A stretch of 63,953 nucleotides of DNA, counting the filler, from Sphacelaria rigidula (lineage: Eukaryota): NCBI GenBank assembly GCA_964200075.2. It is 11 parts of 11 records of this genome, joined end to end, with 100 filler letters (N's around TTAATTAATTAA, not from the genome) between each part and the next. Parts side by side here need not be neighbours in the genome. Positions count along the whole stretch, not along the records: positions 23,295 to 29,017 come from CAXNAA020024955.1; positions 29,118 to 34,840 come from CAXNAA020024956.1; positions 34,941 to 40,663 come from CAXNAA020024957.1; 8 more parts are not named here. One strand, 5' to 3'. Numbering within the stretch: position 1 is the first letter of the stretch; each line of letters begins with the position of its first letter. This document shows positions 25,560 to 37,835 of the stretch, in pieces. Both the position numbers and the translations under genes were made by a program. The notes beneath the pieces were generated by a model. That model did no database searches, had not been told where the DNA came from, and saw only the letters and a list, made by a program, of their open reading frames with translations.

Positions 25560-25970
25560 CCCACCTGCCCCTAACGTGCGCAGAACGCGTTTCCGCCGGC
25601 GCCGATTTGAGGGCTGCCAACGCCACACTTTTGCGTGGGGAACGCATCACGTCCCCCTCGCCCGAGGCTTCTCGGTATGCCTTGGGTTGGTGTTAGGCTG
25701 TGTCTTAGCACATTATGTTTCGATCGAAAAAGTGCGGTGGAGAAAAAATCTTATTATAATAAAATAGGTCGTGATTTCAACCATCTTCAAACTAAACGAG
25801 GGTGGTTGAAATTACGACCTATCAGATCGGGATTTTTGTTATCCACGGTACAAATTCGGTCGAAGACTAATGTGCTAAGACACATCCTTAGGTTTAGGGT
25901 TAGCGTTAGCGATAGTTCGAGATCATATATTTCCGAGAAATTTCTCCATCGAGCAAGTGGTAAAACGTAC
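25560..25970. mobile_element. Interspersed element E with an internal telomere-like (GGGTTA)n tract
   Basis: CTA.CGTGCGCAGAACGCG..GATTTGAGG.CTG.CAAC..CTCGGT then GGTTAG repeats then CCGAGAAATTTCTC; copies at ~29466-29660 and ~44075-44320 (reverse). Confidence 0.75.
25696..25887. mobile_element. Tourist-like (PIF/Harbinger) MITE
   Basis: TTA-GGCTGTGTCTTAGCACATTA...TAATGTGCTAAGACACATCC-TTA (3-bp TTA TSD); second copy starts at ~31039. Confidence 0.85.
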
Positions 25971-26583
25971 CTCCCAAAGCGAAGGTTTCTGCCTTGCTTA
26001 CCTCATCGATGACATGTATCTCCTGGCTACCGCCGGATCCTTAAGGGATGAGTAAAGGTGGTGCGACAATCTACCTGGAGCACGTCCGTTTGTGAAAAGC
26101 TACCTCAACAATATCCCGGCTCGAAGCAAACGTTTCGCGCAACATTGACACACTCCGAAGTTCAACGTGCTGGACAAAGAAAACACACGTCGGACAGCCT
26201 ATGAGCTACCTATTATAAGATAATTCATCGAAGAGAACGCTCAGATAATTAGTCCAAAAACACGAAACGCGTGGCAGTAAGGGTCCGAGGAGCCAAAGCG
26301 CTACAAGCGCTACCTTCGCGCTTCTCCGCATGGTCGGCGCCTAGCGCTGTAGAAGGCAAATATGGAAAAAAAAAAAAGGGGTGTGGTGGGGTGGGGGCGT
26401 ACTCATCTGTTGCTTGCCTTAGTCGCGGGGTGGGGGGTGGGGGGCAAATGAGCAAGCTCATGATCCGGATCACTGCACTAACAGTAACTCATAAGCTGTC
26501 CGGCGTGTAAAACAAGAACGTAAACAAACCCTCGTGGGACAGTGATGAATGAAATCTTGTGCACGCGCATCCTTTTTGCTCAC

Positions 26584-26742
26584 CTGGAGCACGTACGTTC
26601 GCTGCTTGGGAGAAATGATCTCGAAGGAGAAGCGCAGGTCCGTGTCAGCGAGGCAGCTCTTCACCGTAGAAAATTTGATGTCACAAACCCGGACCGTGTC
26701 TGTCACGGAGGCATCCCGTTTCTGATAGTACAGCTTACCGTT
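26584..26742 (-). CDS. PH-domain protein (ACAP/ArfGAP-like), core PH exon
   Basis: GCAG|...CAG|GTGAGC, 53 codons: NGKLYYQKRDASVTDTVRVCDIKFSTVKSCLADTDLRFSFEIISPKQRTYVLQ; resembles ACAP/AGD PH domains (TVK...RFxFEI.SP...Y.LQA); splices in frame to 24988-25065. Confidence 0.85.
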
Positions 26743-26822
26743 CTGCTTTTTTTTTTTTTTGCAACATCAAAACAAAAGCGGAAAAAAAAAAGAACGGATG
26801 AAGGAGTGGATGAAGAAGTGAC

Positions 26823-26866
26823 GGAAGGAACGAAGGAACGAAGGAACGAAGGAACGAAGGAACGAA
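26823..26866 (+). repeat. (GAAGGAAC)n microsatellite
   Basis: About 5 tandem copies. Confidence 0.9.
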
Positions 26867-28523
26867 CAACTGGATGATCGAATGGCTGGTTTACTAAATA
26901 AACGACTGAATGGCGGGAATTCTAAAGATTTCAAATAAGACGCTGCGTGTACATAAATAGGTACATCACGGGGTAAGGACTGTGATGTGATTTACAGCAT
27001 CATCACGACACCGGCGACGACAGGCCAAAACCAAACTAAAAACGAAAACAATAACAAAAACAAAAATACTGGGAACCATTACTGTCTGTCTTTTGTTTAT
27101 TACAGGGAAATATGTATTCGATACCCAAATCGACCACCCCGATCGATACAGACAGTGTTGTTGTCTGAGACCGCAACAACAAGAGCGTGTGAGCGCTGGT
27201 TGTCCGTTGTACACTGCACACTGCACATACTGCTGCTGCAGAGTGGGCGGCCGTGTGTGTGTGTTGACATGAAACTCACTGAAAAAAAATGAGGTTGTGC
27301 TTTGTAGGGTATACTCGGAACTGGGGGGATTGGGCATCGGGCACTTTTTCTTTTTTTTTGGGGGGGGGCGTACTCAATATTTTTTTGGGGGGGGGGGGGG
27401 GTGATATCGCAGCGACCAATCAGCGGTCGTTTCTGGAAGAACGTACTTGAAAAAAGGGAAAGATCTCCTTCGATAAGAAGCAAGATTGGGACGAATCATC
27501 GCTGGTTCGAATGACAAAATCCACCATTGTTTAGGCCTGATTGTTAAAAAAAGAGAGAAAAAAAGGTTGACCGCTGGTCAAAAAGTCTCCGCGCAATTTC
27601 CCCACCATTCCACGTGCCTGGACTGCCCGTACCTGGCATGCAACGCTGACAACACAGCCCAAGGATTGATTCGTACGGTGCGAATCAAAAAAGTTAAAAT
27701 CAAGTGATTTTCCAGACGAATCATTAATTCGTCCGACCCTTGATAGAGAGGGTTCTAAATCACATCAAAATGCGTACTGAACATGCCGGCATAGTCCGGG
27801 AGGTTACAGAATGTTCGGCGAACCTTCTTCCAAATAATCCAGCATGGTTTGGAACGGTGTATACGGAGGAAAATACCTTTTATAGTACTTCGGTGAATAC
27901 CCGAATTCCAGCCGGTATACACCCGACAGATGATACAACCTCGTAAGAATCAAGTCGCAGTCAATTGTCGTTACACCATCGGACCGCGAATCCATCACCA
28001 ATCGATCCACTTGTCGCAAGCTAGATAGCCCAGCTGATTGCTACTGCTGTTCATTCGTAGTCGTGCTTTCCAAACAACTATCCAAGGGTCGGACGAACTA
28101 ATGATTCGTCTGCAAATTACTTGATTTTAGTGTAATCGATTCGTACCGTACGAATCAATCCTTGAGCCTTGTTTTCAGCGTTGCAACCCAGGTACGCGCA
28201 GCCCAAGCACGTGGAATGGAATGACGCCAAAACTGCGTGGAGAATTTTTTCGACCAGCGGTCGACCTTTTTTCTCTCCTTCGAGCAACCAGGCCTTAAAA
28301 ATCGTAGATTTGGTGCTTCGAACCGGCGATGATTTGTCCAAACCGTGCAACTATCTATCCTGGAGAAGAAGATGCGAGGTTCATCGTCCTGTACACTAAT
28401 TACGGGCGGAGTGGGGCGTGGTGTGGTTTAGTCTGATGTGGTCCTTCAAACACTCAGCTTTGTGCATGTACCGGTGCCGCGACAACACAAGAAAAAAATG
28501 CTGGGGCATGTCTGGCACAACTG

Positions 28524-28884
28524 ACACTTTCTACAACCCCCCCCCCCCTCCCGCCAAAAATAGCATGCTCCGTCTCGAAAAGGGATGCATGGTCAATGAT
28601 CAAACGACTAAGGCAAGCAACAATTGAGTACGCCCCTTCCCCCCAAAACCAGCTCAAGAGCGTCACGAAAAAAAATGTCAAACAGCGCCTCATGTTTGGG
28701 TCCAGGCTGCATGGAGCCCCTCATATGGGTGACATTGGCGAGTACGAACCCAAGCGTGGGAATTCCCAGCTGCTTGTTGTGCTCGGCTTTTCCCATTTCG
28801 ATTCATGTGAAGATTTTGCCTCCCCAAACCAGGCACTTTGTTTTTTCGGAGGGGGGGGGGGGGGGGGGCTATCGTGGAAAGTAT
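28524..28884. mobile_element. MITE family A carrying a LINE 3' fragment (~28565-28632) in its TIR C-run
   Basis: Compared with the intact copy at 15604-15845 it has an extra ~70 bp (CCGTCTCGAAAAGGGATGC...GAGTACG) flanked by a duplicated C-run + AAAA. Another LINE tail at 28943-29017 (minus). Confidence 0.85.
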
Positions 28885-29906
28885 CAAGTGAACGAAACTA
28901 TCTCACCTGCCTGTGACCTAAGCCGTGCAAGGGAAGGGGGGGGCGTACTAACTTGTTGCTTGCTTTAGTCGTTTGACCATTGACCACGCATCCATTTCGA
29001 GACGGAACACCGTTCCCNNNNNNNNNNNNNNNNNNNNNNNNNNNNNNNNNNNNNNNNNNNNTTAATTAATTAANNNNNNNNNNNNNNNNNNNNNNNNNNN
29101 NNNNNNNNNNNNNNNNNAATATATCTTTATTGCCAGTAAATGTGTACAGGTGAGGGTGGTTCTGAATCAGGCGGTGCCGATGCTGCTGCTGCTGCTGCTG
29201 CTGCTTCCGCTGCTCGTGATCGTAGATGGTCCGCGTTTCGACCATGCGACAGCATCCACGCACCTTACGAGTGATGGCGGCTGTGCTGGTCAGCGCTGAC
29301 ACATTCCACTCGCCAATGGGTCCATGCTTGCTTACTCGCTTCTTGAGTCTTGTCTGCAGCATTTTGATCCCGAGGGTAGGTCACCTGCTGAATCGGCATC
29401 AATGTTCACTTGAAAAACGTATGCGTGATTCAGGTGCAATACCCGCACCGCTGTCTAAGGGTTAAAGGGGGCTGTGCTGCTGGCGTGCTCCTAGCGTGCG
29501 CAGAACGCGTTTTCGTTTAACCGGCACCTGGGGCACCGATTTGAGGTCTGGCAACACACACTTCGCCTGGGGAACACGTTGCACCCCCCGTGCCCGAGGA
29601 ATCTCGGTATGTCTTTGTTGGGGTTGGGGTTACAGTTGGGGTTACGGTTGGTTATCCCCAAAAACACGTAATCGAGAAGGGTTCTAGACTGGAAAATATA
29701 CTGCTCTGCTTCGCATTACACTTCCAATTTTCCTATCCTTTCTTACATTGGAATAGAATGAAAAAGGGACAGAAGAGACAGACGCCCTCAATGAAGGAAA
29801 GCATGAGCGACATACAAGCAGAAGAAGGGACGGAAAGAAAGGGTCATAGATTGACGATAACCACTCTTCCGCGCATCGCACCACGCAAGTTCCAAACATT
29901 ATCGTT

Positions 29907-30771
29907 CTAGTTCGAGTGACGTCCTTCCACGTGCGCAAGGATGCGCAGGAAGGCGGAGCTGAGACTGGAGTCGTCGCTCGGCAAGTTCCCGCTAGGTTCC
30001 CCCGATGATTTATCCCTGGCCACTACTTGTAGATTCGTCTTGACGTACACGTACAACACCTGTCTCCCGGAATGCCAGTGGGCATCGAACGAGGCAGACG
30101 CGCTAGTGCCACTCCCAGTGGTGCAATCGTACTTGAGCCATTTCCACCGCAAACGGAACTGCGTGATGTAGTGGGCGCCCACCCAGATGAGTTACACAAC
30201 CGAGATCAAGGAGTGCTCTACGCCTAAAGAGAGAGTCTCGGACGCGTCGGGGGGGACGCCAACGACTGCGTCGACGGCAGCAGCACTCGACGAAATAAAT
30301 AGGCGGTCGGGGGCGTTTCTAGCTGAGAAAGGCAGGAAATTTCAAAAACATATGTCCGATGGGATGATCCTGCATGACGGACAAACTCCCGCCCCAGGGT
30401 AAGAAAAGTCAAGACAAGTACCTCCCGAAAATCAATCAATCACGGCGGCCTGCAGAGTTATAATATTTCCGTGGGGAACCATGAAGATAGCTGGGTCACG
30501 CAAAGCCGCAGATTGCTCGGGCGTTATCGTCCGCAGGCTGTGGTCGTCTACGGAGCAAGTAGCGTGGCGTCTCCACGAGATCCCTACAGATTCTCGCGTA
30601 AGCAAAAACAGTCGGAGGTTGCTGGCGCGTGTCCGGCCAGTTCGCTGGCACGTGAGGCTTGCGTCTTTGGCAAATGGCTTCGAACACGCTCGCCGTGTCG
30701 CCTATTTGATCACCGCTTCTGGGTAAACCGCCGTCTGACACGACGAAATCGCGCGCTTCCGCCAGCTTCAC
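29907..30771 (-). pseudogene. Disrupted, apparently spliced USP/peptidase C19-like gene fragment
   Basis: Segment ~30418-30771 follows a CTAAC..CCAG acceptor and gives (with frameshift) TCSVDDHSLRTITPE..FMVPHGNIITLQAAVID*F. Segment ~29907-30322 gives APDRLFIS..HSLISVV*LIWVGAHYITQFRLRWKWLKYDC..QVLYVYVK, a His-box-like pattern. A further candidate exon at ~29263-29353. Confidence 0.5.
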
Positions 30772-31308
30772 CTGGTGAAGGTTAGTTGGCAGTTGGGAGA
30801 GTTAGACGATGAAATAGAGCTACGTAGCCGAATCAATCCCAGGGTAGTTAGATTCAGGAAGTGCGATTTAGTGAAAAATCTACCCGGCCAGTCAGAAACG
30901 AAGGATTCATCCGGTCGGTCAGAATAGAACCGCAGAATTGCAGAAGGCCATCTGCAAAGGCCTTTCGTGCACCTTTCCTAGCTCTGCTGCCTCTTTAGGG
31001 CCAAACACCTTTCATCCATCGACTCTTTGGGGCTCTGAGGGCGTGTCTTAGCACCTTTTTGTTTTTCGATCGAAAAATTGCGGTCGAATTTGTTTTGCCG
31101 ATCTCATAGGCCACGCATTCATGTTCCTTGAAGCCTTCAACTCAAAGTTATAACTAGCGGCGCGCGGAGAAGAATGCAACGAAGTATAAAACAATCGTTT
31201 GCGATTGAAAACATACGGTCGAAAGGCACGAGGCGGCACTTGACTCCTATCTTACAAATAGGCTTCTACTTGTTATGCTAGTAAGGTATTTTTTATGCTA
31301 GTAATAGA

Positions 31309-31502
31309 GAGTTTCGGAAAGCGCTTTTTTTTTCATTTCAGAGTGCGAATATCTCAGGAGCAGAGTGCAGATGAATAAAAAACAACTCATCGAAAAAAAG
31401 TCAAGGGGATACCACATTTGACGGAGAGGGAACTAATTTTTCGATACACTCTGATCCTGAGGTATTTGCACTCTGAAATGACAAAAAAGATTTTTCCGAA
31501 AA
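31309..31502. mobile_element. MITE family G (~55-bp TIRs)
   Basis: TTTCGGAAA..TCATTTCAGAGTGC.AATATCTCAGGA...TCCTGAGGTATTTGCACTCTGAAATGA..TTTCCGAAA; reverse copy at 41283-41478. Confidence 0.85.
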
Positions 31503-32534
31503 TATCTTGATACACTAAAAATAATGGTCGTGAAGTGGAATTTATGCTCCATTCATGCTCCTATGTTCAAACAAATTTTGCTCGATTTATGCTCGCAAGG
31601 TGGAATTCATGATCGATCATGCTCGTAATATCCAACAAGGATGGCATTCTCGATCGGATACAGACCCACCGATCACTATATGTATGTTATGTATACAGTA
31701 CATATACGAACAGCTATGCTACGACCATGCATATGTGTTAAGCAAGGTTTGGATTCTTGGGAGTTTAAGCAAGGTTTGTGATTGAGGGCGTTAGAACAGG
31801 TATTTCTGCACCAGTTTTTTCATCGTGCTCCCATCGGTAGTACAAAAAAAAAAGTGGCATGACACAGGGGATGGTTAAGTTTCGTCCCCTCCTGTGGATT
31901 GTTTTTGTTCCAGACGGAACTTCCGAAGATCTGGTCAGTAAGGAAAACTAGGGTATTGTTTTTCTCCCGTGCGGAACGAGGGAAAGCTTTTTTTCACTTC
32001 TTTTTTGTGTGGAATCTTGGCTATGTTGAGCGTGCTATAGACCTGTACCTTGAGGAGAAAAAGACATATTCCCTTCTGAACGGGTCCAAAACTACAGGGT
32101 GCCTAAAAACGACTCCTTCGAAGCGAGAAAAAGAGCACGAAGGGAAGAAAAAGGGGAAAGAAATGAATTTTTCGAAGAAAAAAAGTGTTCGAGGTTAGGA
32201 TCGAACTCCCGGCGCAAACACCGATCGCCGACCTTTTTTTTTTGCGCAAGCCCAAACCTTGCTTATGTTTCCGGGCAAAGGGAGTATATATATTTACATA
32301 TGTACGAAGAGCCATGCGACGATGGGGGGGGGGGGGGGGGAAGTTTCAAAGAAAAAAGGGGACCAGAGATGGATGGAGGGACCACCACACTCGNNNNNNN
32401 NNNGGGGTGGCGGGGGGGGGGAAAAAAAATGTCGATTCCACGAAAAAATGTGCTCATAGATGCATCGAATGACCTACAACACTCGCGGTGCGCTTGTATT
32501 TGGGTAAAAACGGTGTAAAGCAGTATGTACAACT

Positions 32535-34213
32535 CAGGGATGTGTACAGACAAAACTTCACGGAGCGGAGCGAAGCGGATGTGGAAACCTACGGATTATG
32601 ACGGAGCGGATATCCGCCAATGAAAATGACGCGGTTTATTGCGGAGCGGATATCCGCCAACGAAAATATCACGGTGCGGTGCGGATTCTTCGAATATGGT
32701 ACGGAGCGGAGCGGATATCCGTCAGTGGGAAAACTCACAGATTTCCACGGAGCGGATATCCGCCCGCTACAAATGTACGGACTATTGCGGAGCGGATATC
32801 CGTGGCATTGATTTTTCCACGGAGCGGTTTGCCCCCCTCCATGGAACAAACCGCACAAACCGCGGCAATTCCCCGCGGTGCACCGCCGCAGTAATCCGTG
32901 AAAACGAAATGAGTTGTTTTGCTTTGACTACCAGCTGCTGGACAGGGGGGATGGTGGATTAAGTACCGCACATGTAAGATCGAATCCCTGGAGAAAAAAA
33001 AGCAAATCAATTGAGAATAATGAACAGCACATATTTGAAATTTGAATGTCACCCACCAGGACAGGGTGACGGGGGGCGGGGTGGCGGACGCGCGACAGCA
33101 GCAGCGCTTCACCCAGGACCAAGGCTATATCCACCGCGCGAAGAAGCATGGAATGCATTCCTCAAGAATAGCGTCAATAGCAGCACAGTAGTTTTCAACT
33201 CGAAAGGGAGATTTTCGTAGTGTTGTCGTAGTCGGGGGTGTTTGGAAGTGTTTTCGCGTACCACCGCTTATCCCAGTGGACGCAGTTTATCCCAAAGTTT
33301 GGGGATCTAGTAGCCATCCCCCCCACATTCCGAAATAAGATCACATCTGCGCTCATGATTGAACGACTTACGGGCTGGCCGGTTTTCGGGGGTTCTAAGA
33401 CTGCCCAGCCCCAGGTTCTGACCCTTCAGTATTTTTGCTCGATTGAAGCAATCCCACTTGTTCTTTTGAACAAATGAAGTGAGCTTGTTTTTGTTTGTAA
33501 TTTTCACCTTTTTCTGGCAAAAACTCTAATGAAATGCAGAACCTGACCCTCATCCCAACGAAATGCAGACCATGCACAGTCGGGCTACAGCTGAAAAAGC
33601 TATTTTTCGGACCAGTGACGGTCGATAACACCCCCTGATGAACAAGGTACTTACTCCATGTCACCCCGACAACACCAACTGAGGGCTGTGTTGTCAACAC
33701 GGCCTGCTTCTCTTCCCAATATCTATCGACGTCAGGACTCTTGAGCGCCAATGACGGATACCACGTGCGAAAATTCGGAAATTCATTCAGCGATTTGATC
33801 TGAGAAATGCTACGGAGTACGCACGGATGGAGTACGGAGTGCAGACTTCCAGAACCGTATCGGCGAATTGCTTATCCAGAACGATATTTTGATACTGCGA
33901 ATTCGAAGTCATCCGGCATTCAGAACAAATTCGTCCGTGGAAATCCGTTTCTTTTTGGAGGTTCGATCCGTAATTTATGCCACGGAGGTCGCACGGATTA
34001 CGTAAGGAGTGGATAAAACCGCACCATAGAAAACGGCGTTTCACGGTTCCAACCGCGCAGCTGTAATCTATACAGAGCAAAGCGTTTTTTTTAAATTGTC
34101 ACGGAGCGGAGCAGATATCCACCCCCTACAAGTGCCACGGAGCGGTGCGGATTGACAAATCGCACCGTAATAACCCGCTCCGCGGATTTATTCTTAATCC
34201 GTGCACATCTCTG
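32535..34213 (-). mobile_element. Internally deleted hAT-superfamily element
   Basis: TIRs CAGGGATGTGTAC / GTGCACATCTCTG; 8-bp flanks GTACAACT vs GAGAAACT (5/8, decayed TSD); CGGAGCGGATATCCG subterminal repeats at both ends; weak, broken BED-like transposase N-terminal peptides on the minus strand at ~33100-33750. Confidence 0.75.
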
Positions 34214-35305
34214 GAGAAACTGCGCCCAACGGACTGGGGTCCGAAAAATCAATACACGGCAGAAAATCGCCTGTAGACGGGCTGAAATCCCCATATTTGT
34301 ACAAATCGAGATTCGTTGCTATAAAAAGTGGGTCTAACACCGATCACACTTCTTTTGTTGTACTGTACTGTAGGGCAGGATACTGTTGTGATAGATCGCC
34401 TGAGCAATACATAGTGGGCTGCGTGACGGAAGACGATCAATACGAACACCGCCTTGCTGTACTAATCACTGACTGTAGAAGTGATGGTTGTGCTTTTCAC
34501 TGCACGGTAGTACTTGACTGCAAGGAAAGCACGGGCAAGAGTGCACACAACAGTACTGTATTGTATGCATTGGCTGTAAACTCTTTCGTGAGATTGAGAG
34601 TAGAGCGCTGATTGGGAGTGACTTTATTCATTCGCTTCAACCCAGCCAATTATTCATTCCGTGTGCACGTTTTCTCCCCTCCATCACTGGCGTGTGCTAC
34701 AAGCTACACGTCAAAATCATATTCAAGGATATCAAGGGCCTCAGTGGCAAGCTACTACAGAAAGCATACTAGACCTCGTGGAAGGGCATTTCGGAACTGA
34801 AAGGGGTAATGCACTAATTGACCGCTTTTCACTCTCAATCNNNNNNNNNNNNNNNNNNNNNNNNNNNNNNNNNNNNNNNNNNNNTTAATTAATTAANNNN
34901 NNNNNNNNNNNNNNNNNNNNNNNNNNNNNNNNNNNNNNNNGTGTTCCGATATCATCGCCATGAAGCAGGAAATGTACGGGTGTTAACCACCGTATGGTAC
35001 AGTCAGTAATGCCAGCACCATGGGCATTCAATCCTACACCACCGTGGTGCGGAGCAGTACACAGTAATAGGAATTACTCTCCGCACAAGCCGAGTGCTGT
35101 ACTCTTTCAGGGGTCATTGTCTTAGCTGACCTAAACGTGGTCTCGATGGTTCGAGTCTACAACTGGGGGAGAGTTTGACTATATCACGGGTGTTAAACAC
35201 CGTACAGTTTGCGCGTGCGGGTCATTTTGACAGTGCGAGTCACGTAGCTCCCGCACGGACGTGGTACGCAGCAGCTTGACAGTAGGTGTGACTGATTCTC
35301 CGTAC

Positions 35306-35875
35306 TTGCCAATATACTGCGTCTTTCCTTGGGCCGCTGCTGTCAGCAGGCCCAACCCGACCTGAGCGCTAGAGGCCAAGGCCGGGGGAAGAAGAGTGAT
35401 ATATATCGAAATCGTAGAGGGTATCGATATCCGATTTTCAACACTGACATGCACACATACACTTGAGAAGCGGGTTCAATGCGGCAAATGCAGAGTAAAT
35501 ACTTTAATGCTACTGAAGTCGTTAGTGCCGTTGTGAACTTGTTGTGAAGATCATGATGAAGTCACAACAGTGTCGTAACGTAAATTACTGGGAATAAGAG
35601 GGGGTGCTATACTTCGTCACGAGCGTACCTTGAGACGTGCTGTACCGTATTTCGCCAAAACAAAATCACCAGAAGTAGCCTTACGGCATGTCTTAACCCA
35701 CAATCCGCGATCTGCATAATCACTGAAAATATCTGCTTCGCGTAGGCAATACCTGGCTTGCTGTGTCTCGCTCTCTCGAAGCATGTGATAGGTCGCATGT
35801 AATCAAGCTTCCCTGGCGACTGTCGTAAGGTGGGACCAGCAGTGTGGCTGCCCAAACATGACACCTCGTTTTTGC
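35306..35875 (-). CDS. Two exons (35753-35875, 35306-35361) of a possible ankyrin-repeat protein
   Basis: Canonical CAG/GT ends, in frame: AKTRCHVWAATLLVPPYDSRQGSLITCDLSHASRERDTASQ|VGLGLLTAAAQGKTQYIG; LLxAAxxG resembles an ankyrin helix; a possible initiator ATG directly precedes a donor (ATG|GTAGGC) at ~36698-36700. Confidence 0.5.
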
Positions 35876-37478
35876 CTGCAGTGAAAGAAGGAGAGACTAA
35901 AAACGCAGCCGATGGGAGTGCGAGAACTACAATGCTGACAATGGTGTATTTATGCTTCAGTAGGGACATACTATTCGTGGGTTGTGTTGCCACGATCCTC
36001 TCAGCAGGCAACACAGCAACTTTCAGGGAAAAGCTGGTGATCACAAGAGCATGCCAAAGTTATTCAAATTGTTTTGTCATGCTCCAACGTCGCGCGCATG
36101 AATTCAAAATATATTCAAACGATTTCTGGATAGTCTACGAGGTTGTTTCACGCCCAAAACTTGCCCGCCGTGTTAACGGCGTTGACTCTACGCCACACCT
36201 GGATTTTACAGCAATCGTAGGATACACGGACGGGACGAGTGGGCAGCCAGGTCATCTCCCCACCATCTTCGCAACAAAGTACAGGTATGCTCACTTACAT
36301 ATATCCACCGAGATATGCTAATCAACAACCGACAGAGTACAGACAGCACAGTGCATACATATAGTATAACACACTAGTGCACACAGTACATCGCACAGCT
36401 GTACTTCTAACTGCGCCAAGTCGATGCGACCATATCTGACAAACGGTTAAGGTAAAACACGCAGAGCACAGGTCAGAACTCATGCAGTCGCTGCTGGCGA
36501 TACGGTTGAGTAGAGCACAACTGTACCGTATTTTGCAGTAAACTCATGTGTGTTGGTGATGGACTGAACTGAGAGCATAGTTGTTGCTGTCCCTCTTTCC
36601 AAACGGTGTTGGTTGATATCGTGCCGAAGAAAAACGCGTGTTTTGGCGCTGCTACAATTACTGTACTGTTGTCTGTACATGCGCAGACACAGCCTACCAT
36701 GGTATTTGATCCTGTCAAGTTTATTTGAAAGTAGGGGTCTAGGGTGTCATCAAGGCTCAAAATCCGCGGATTTCACTCTGCTGACCACACGATGACGAAC
36801 AGATACGTGTTGTACTGTGCCTCTCCCCAGGCTGCAAAAAATAAAAAACTCAGTCTCCGGTTTGTCGTTGCGTGTCATCGCTTCGCTACCACTGCGGCCA
36901 GCTGTTTTACGGTTCCGATTTGAAGCGGTCTGCCCTTTCCCGTGAAAAGCTCGGAGTTGTCGACCCCGACGAAACGTTTCACCAGTGGCGACAGTGTTTT
37001 ACCGAGCTCTCTGCGAATCCACGCCAGCCCTTTCCCGGTATGTGATTGTTTGTCCTCCAGATGAAGCGCACGTACTGTTGCACATTAGTACAGGGCGGCG
37101 CACATGTAGTACAGACGGCACAGCTGGCCATAGCACAGGCAGGACGGCGAGGACCAAAACTCGGCGATGCATCAACCATCTCTCTCTCTCGTACTCAGAA
37201 TTGCTGAAAAAGAAGACCGTTCGCGTCACATATGATTCTTCCCGGCGCACTTTCATTGAGAAAAAGAGACTCTCACGCGTTCATGTGATATCATCGTCAC
37301 AGCTCCAAAACGTCCAACTTTGTTGAATTTTTGTGATGGGTGACATGCAGGTCTTACGCGCGCGGGAAGGGGCTCGGGAAACGGGAGGGGTGGGTGAGTG
37401 CGCCAAGGAAAGCGCCGGAGACGAAGCGTGGTGAAGGAAGAGGTTGCCAAAACACACCCTCAGGAAAGACAGGATGAA

Positions 37479-37835
37479 ATGCAGGCGCCTACTGCTGGCC
37501 GAGTAAGTAGTCGCCATCGATACCATAGGCACCATCGCCATCACAGTCAGCCACACCAACAGGAAATGCTGGATGATGCGAGTAGCCCGGAGCTGCTTCC
37601 CGTCGAGCACGCCAGGCTGTCGGAGCACCGTGACTGGTCATCCCGGCTGTCGTTGAACACCGACAACAATGCTCATTGTGGTGGTGGTGGTTTTGCCGCA
37701 GACGGTAGGAACAGCAGGGGATTGGGAACTCGTCGCGGTCACAGCACATTAAGCAATCATCGTATTGGCAGCAAGCATCCGTTGGAGCAAGATGGAGAGT
37801 GGATGGGAGACGCTGTGCCGCAACCGCAGCAGCAG
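37479..37835 (+). CDS. Probable first coding exon of an unknown His/Ser/Gly-rich protein
   Basis: ATG at 37479 after an in-frame TGA; 119 open codons ending CAG|GTGCGT. Confidence 0.55.

Noticed and set aside
32561..32830. CRISPR array
   Set aside because: Repeat only ~15 bp, spacing partly irregular, present at both ends of a TIR-bounded hAT element.
34690..34840. SABATH methyltransferase-like C-terminus (ESILDLVEGHFGTERGNALIDRF)
   Set aside because: Short resemblance only, needs a frameshift, truncated by the scaffold end.
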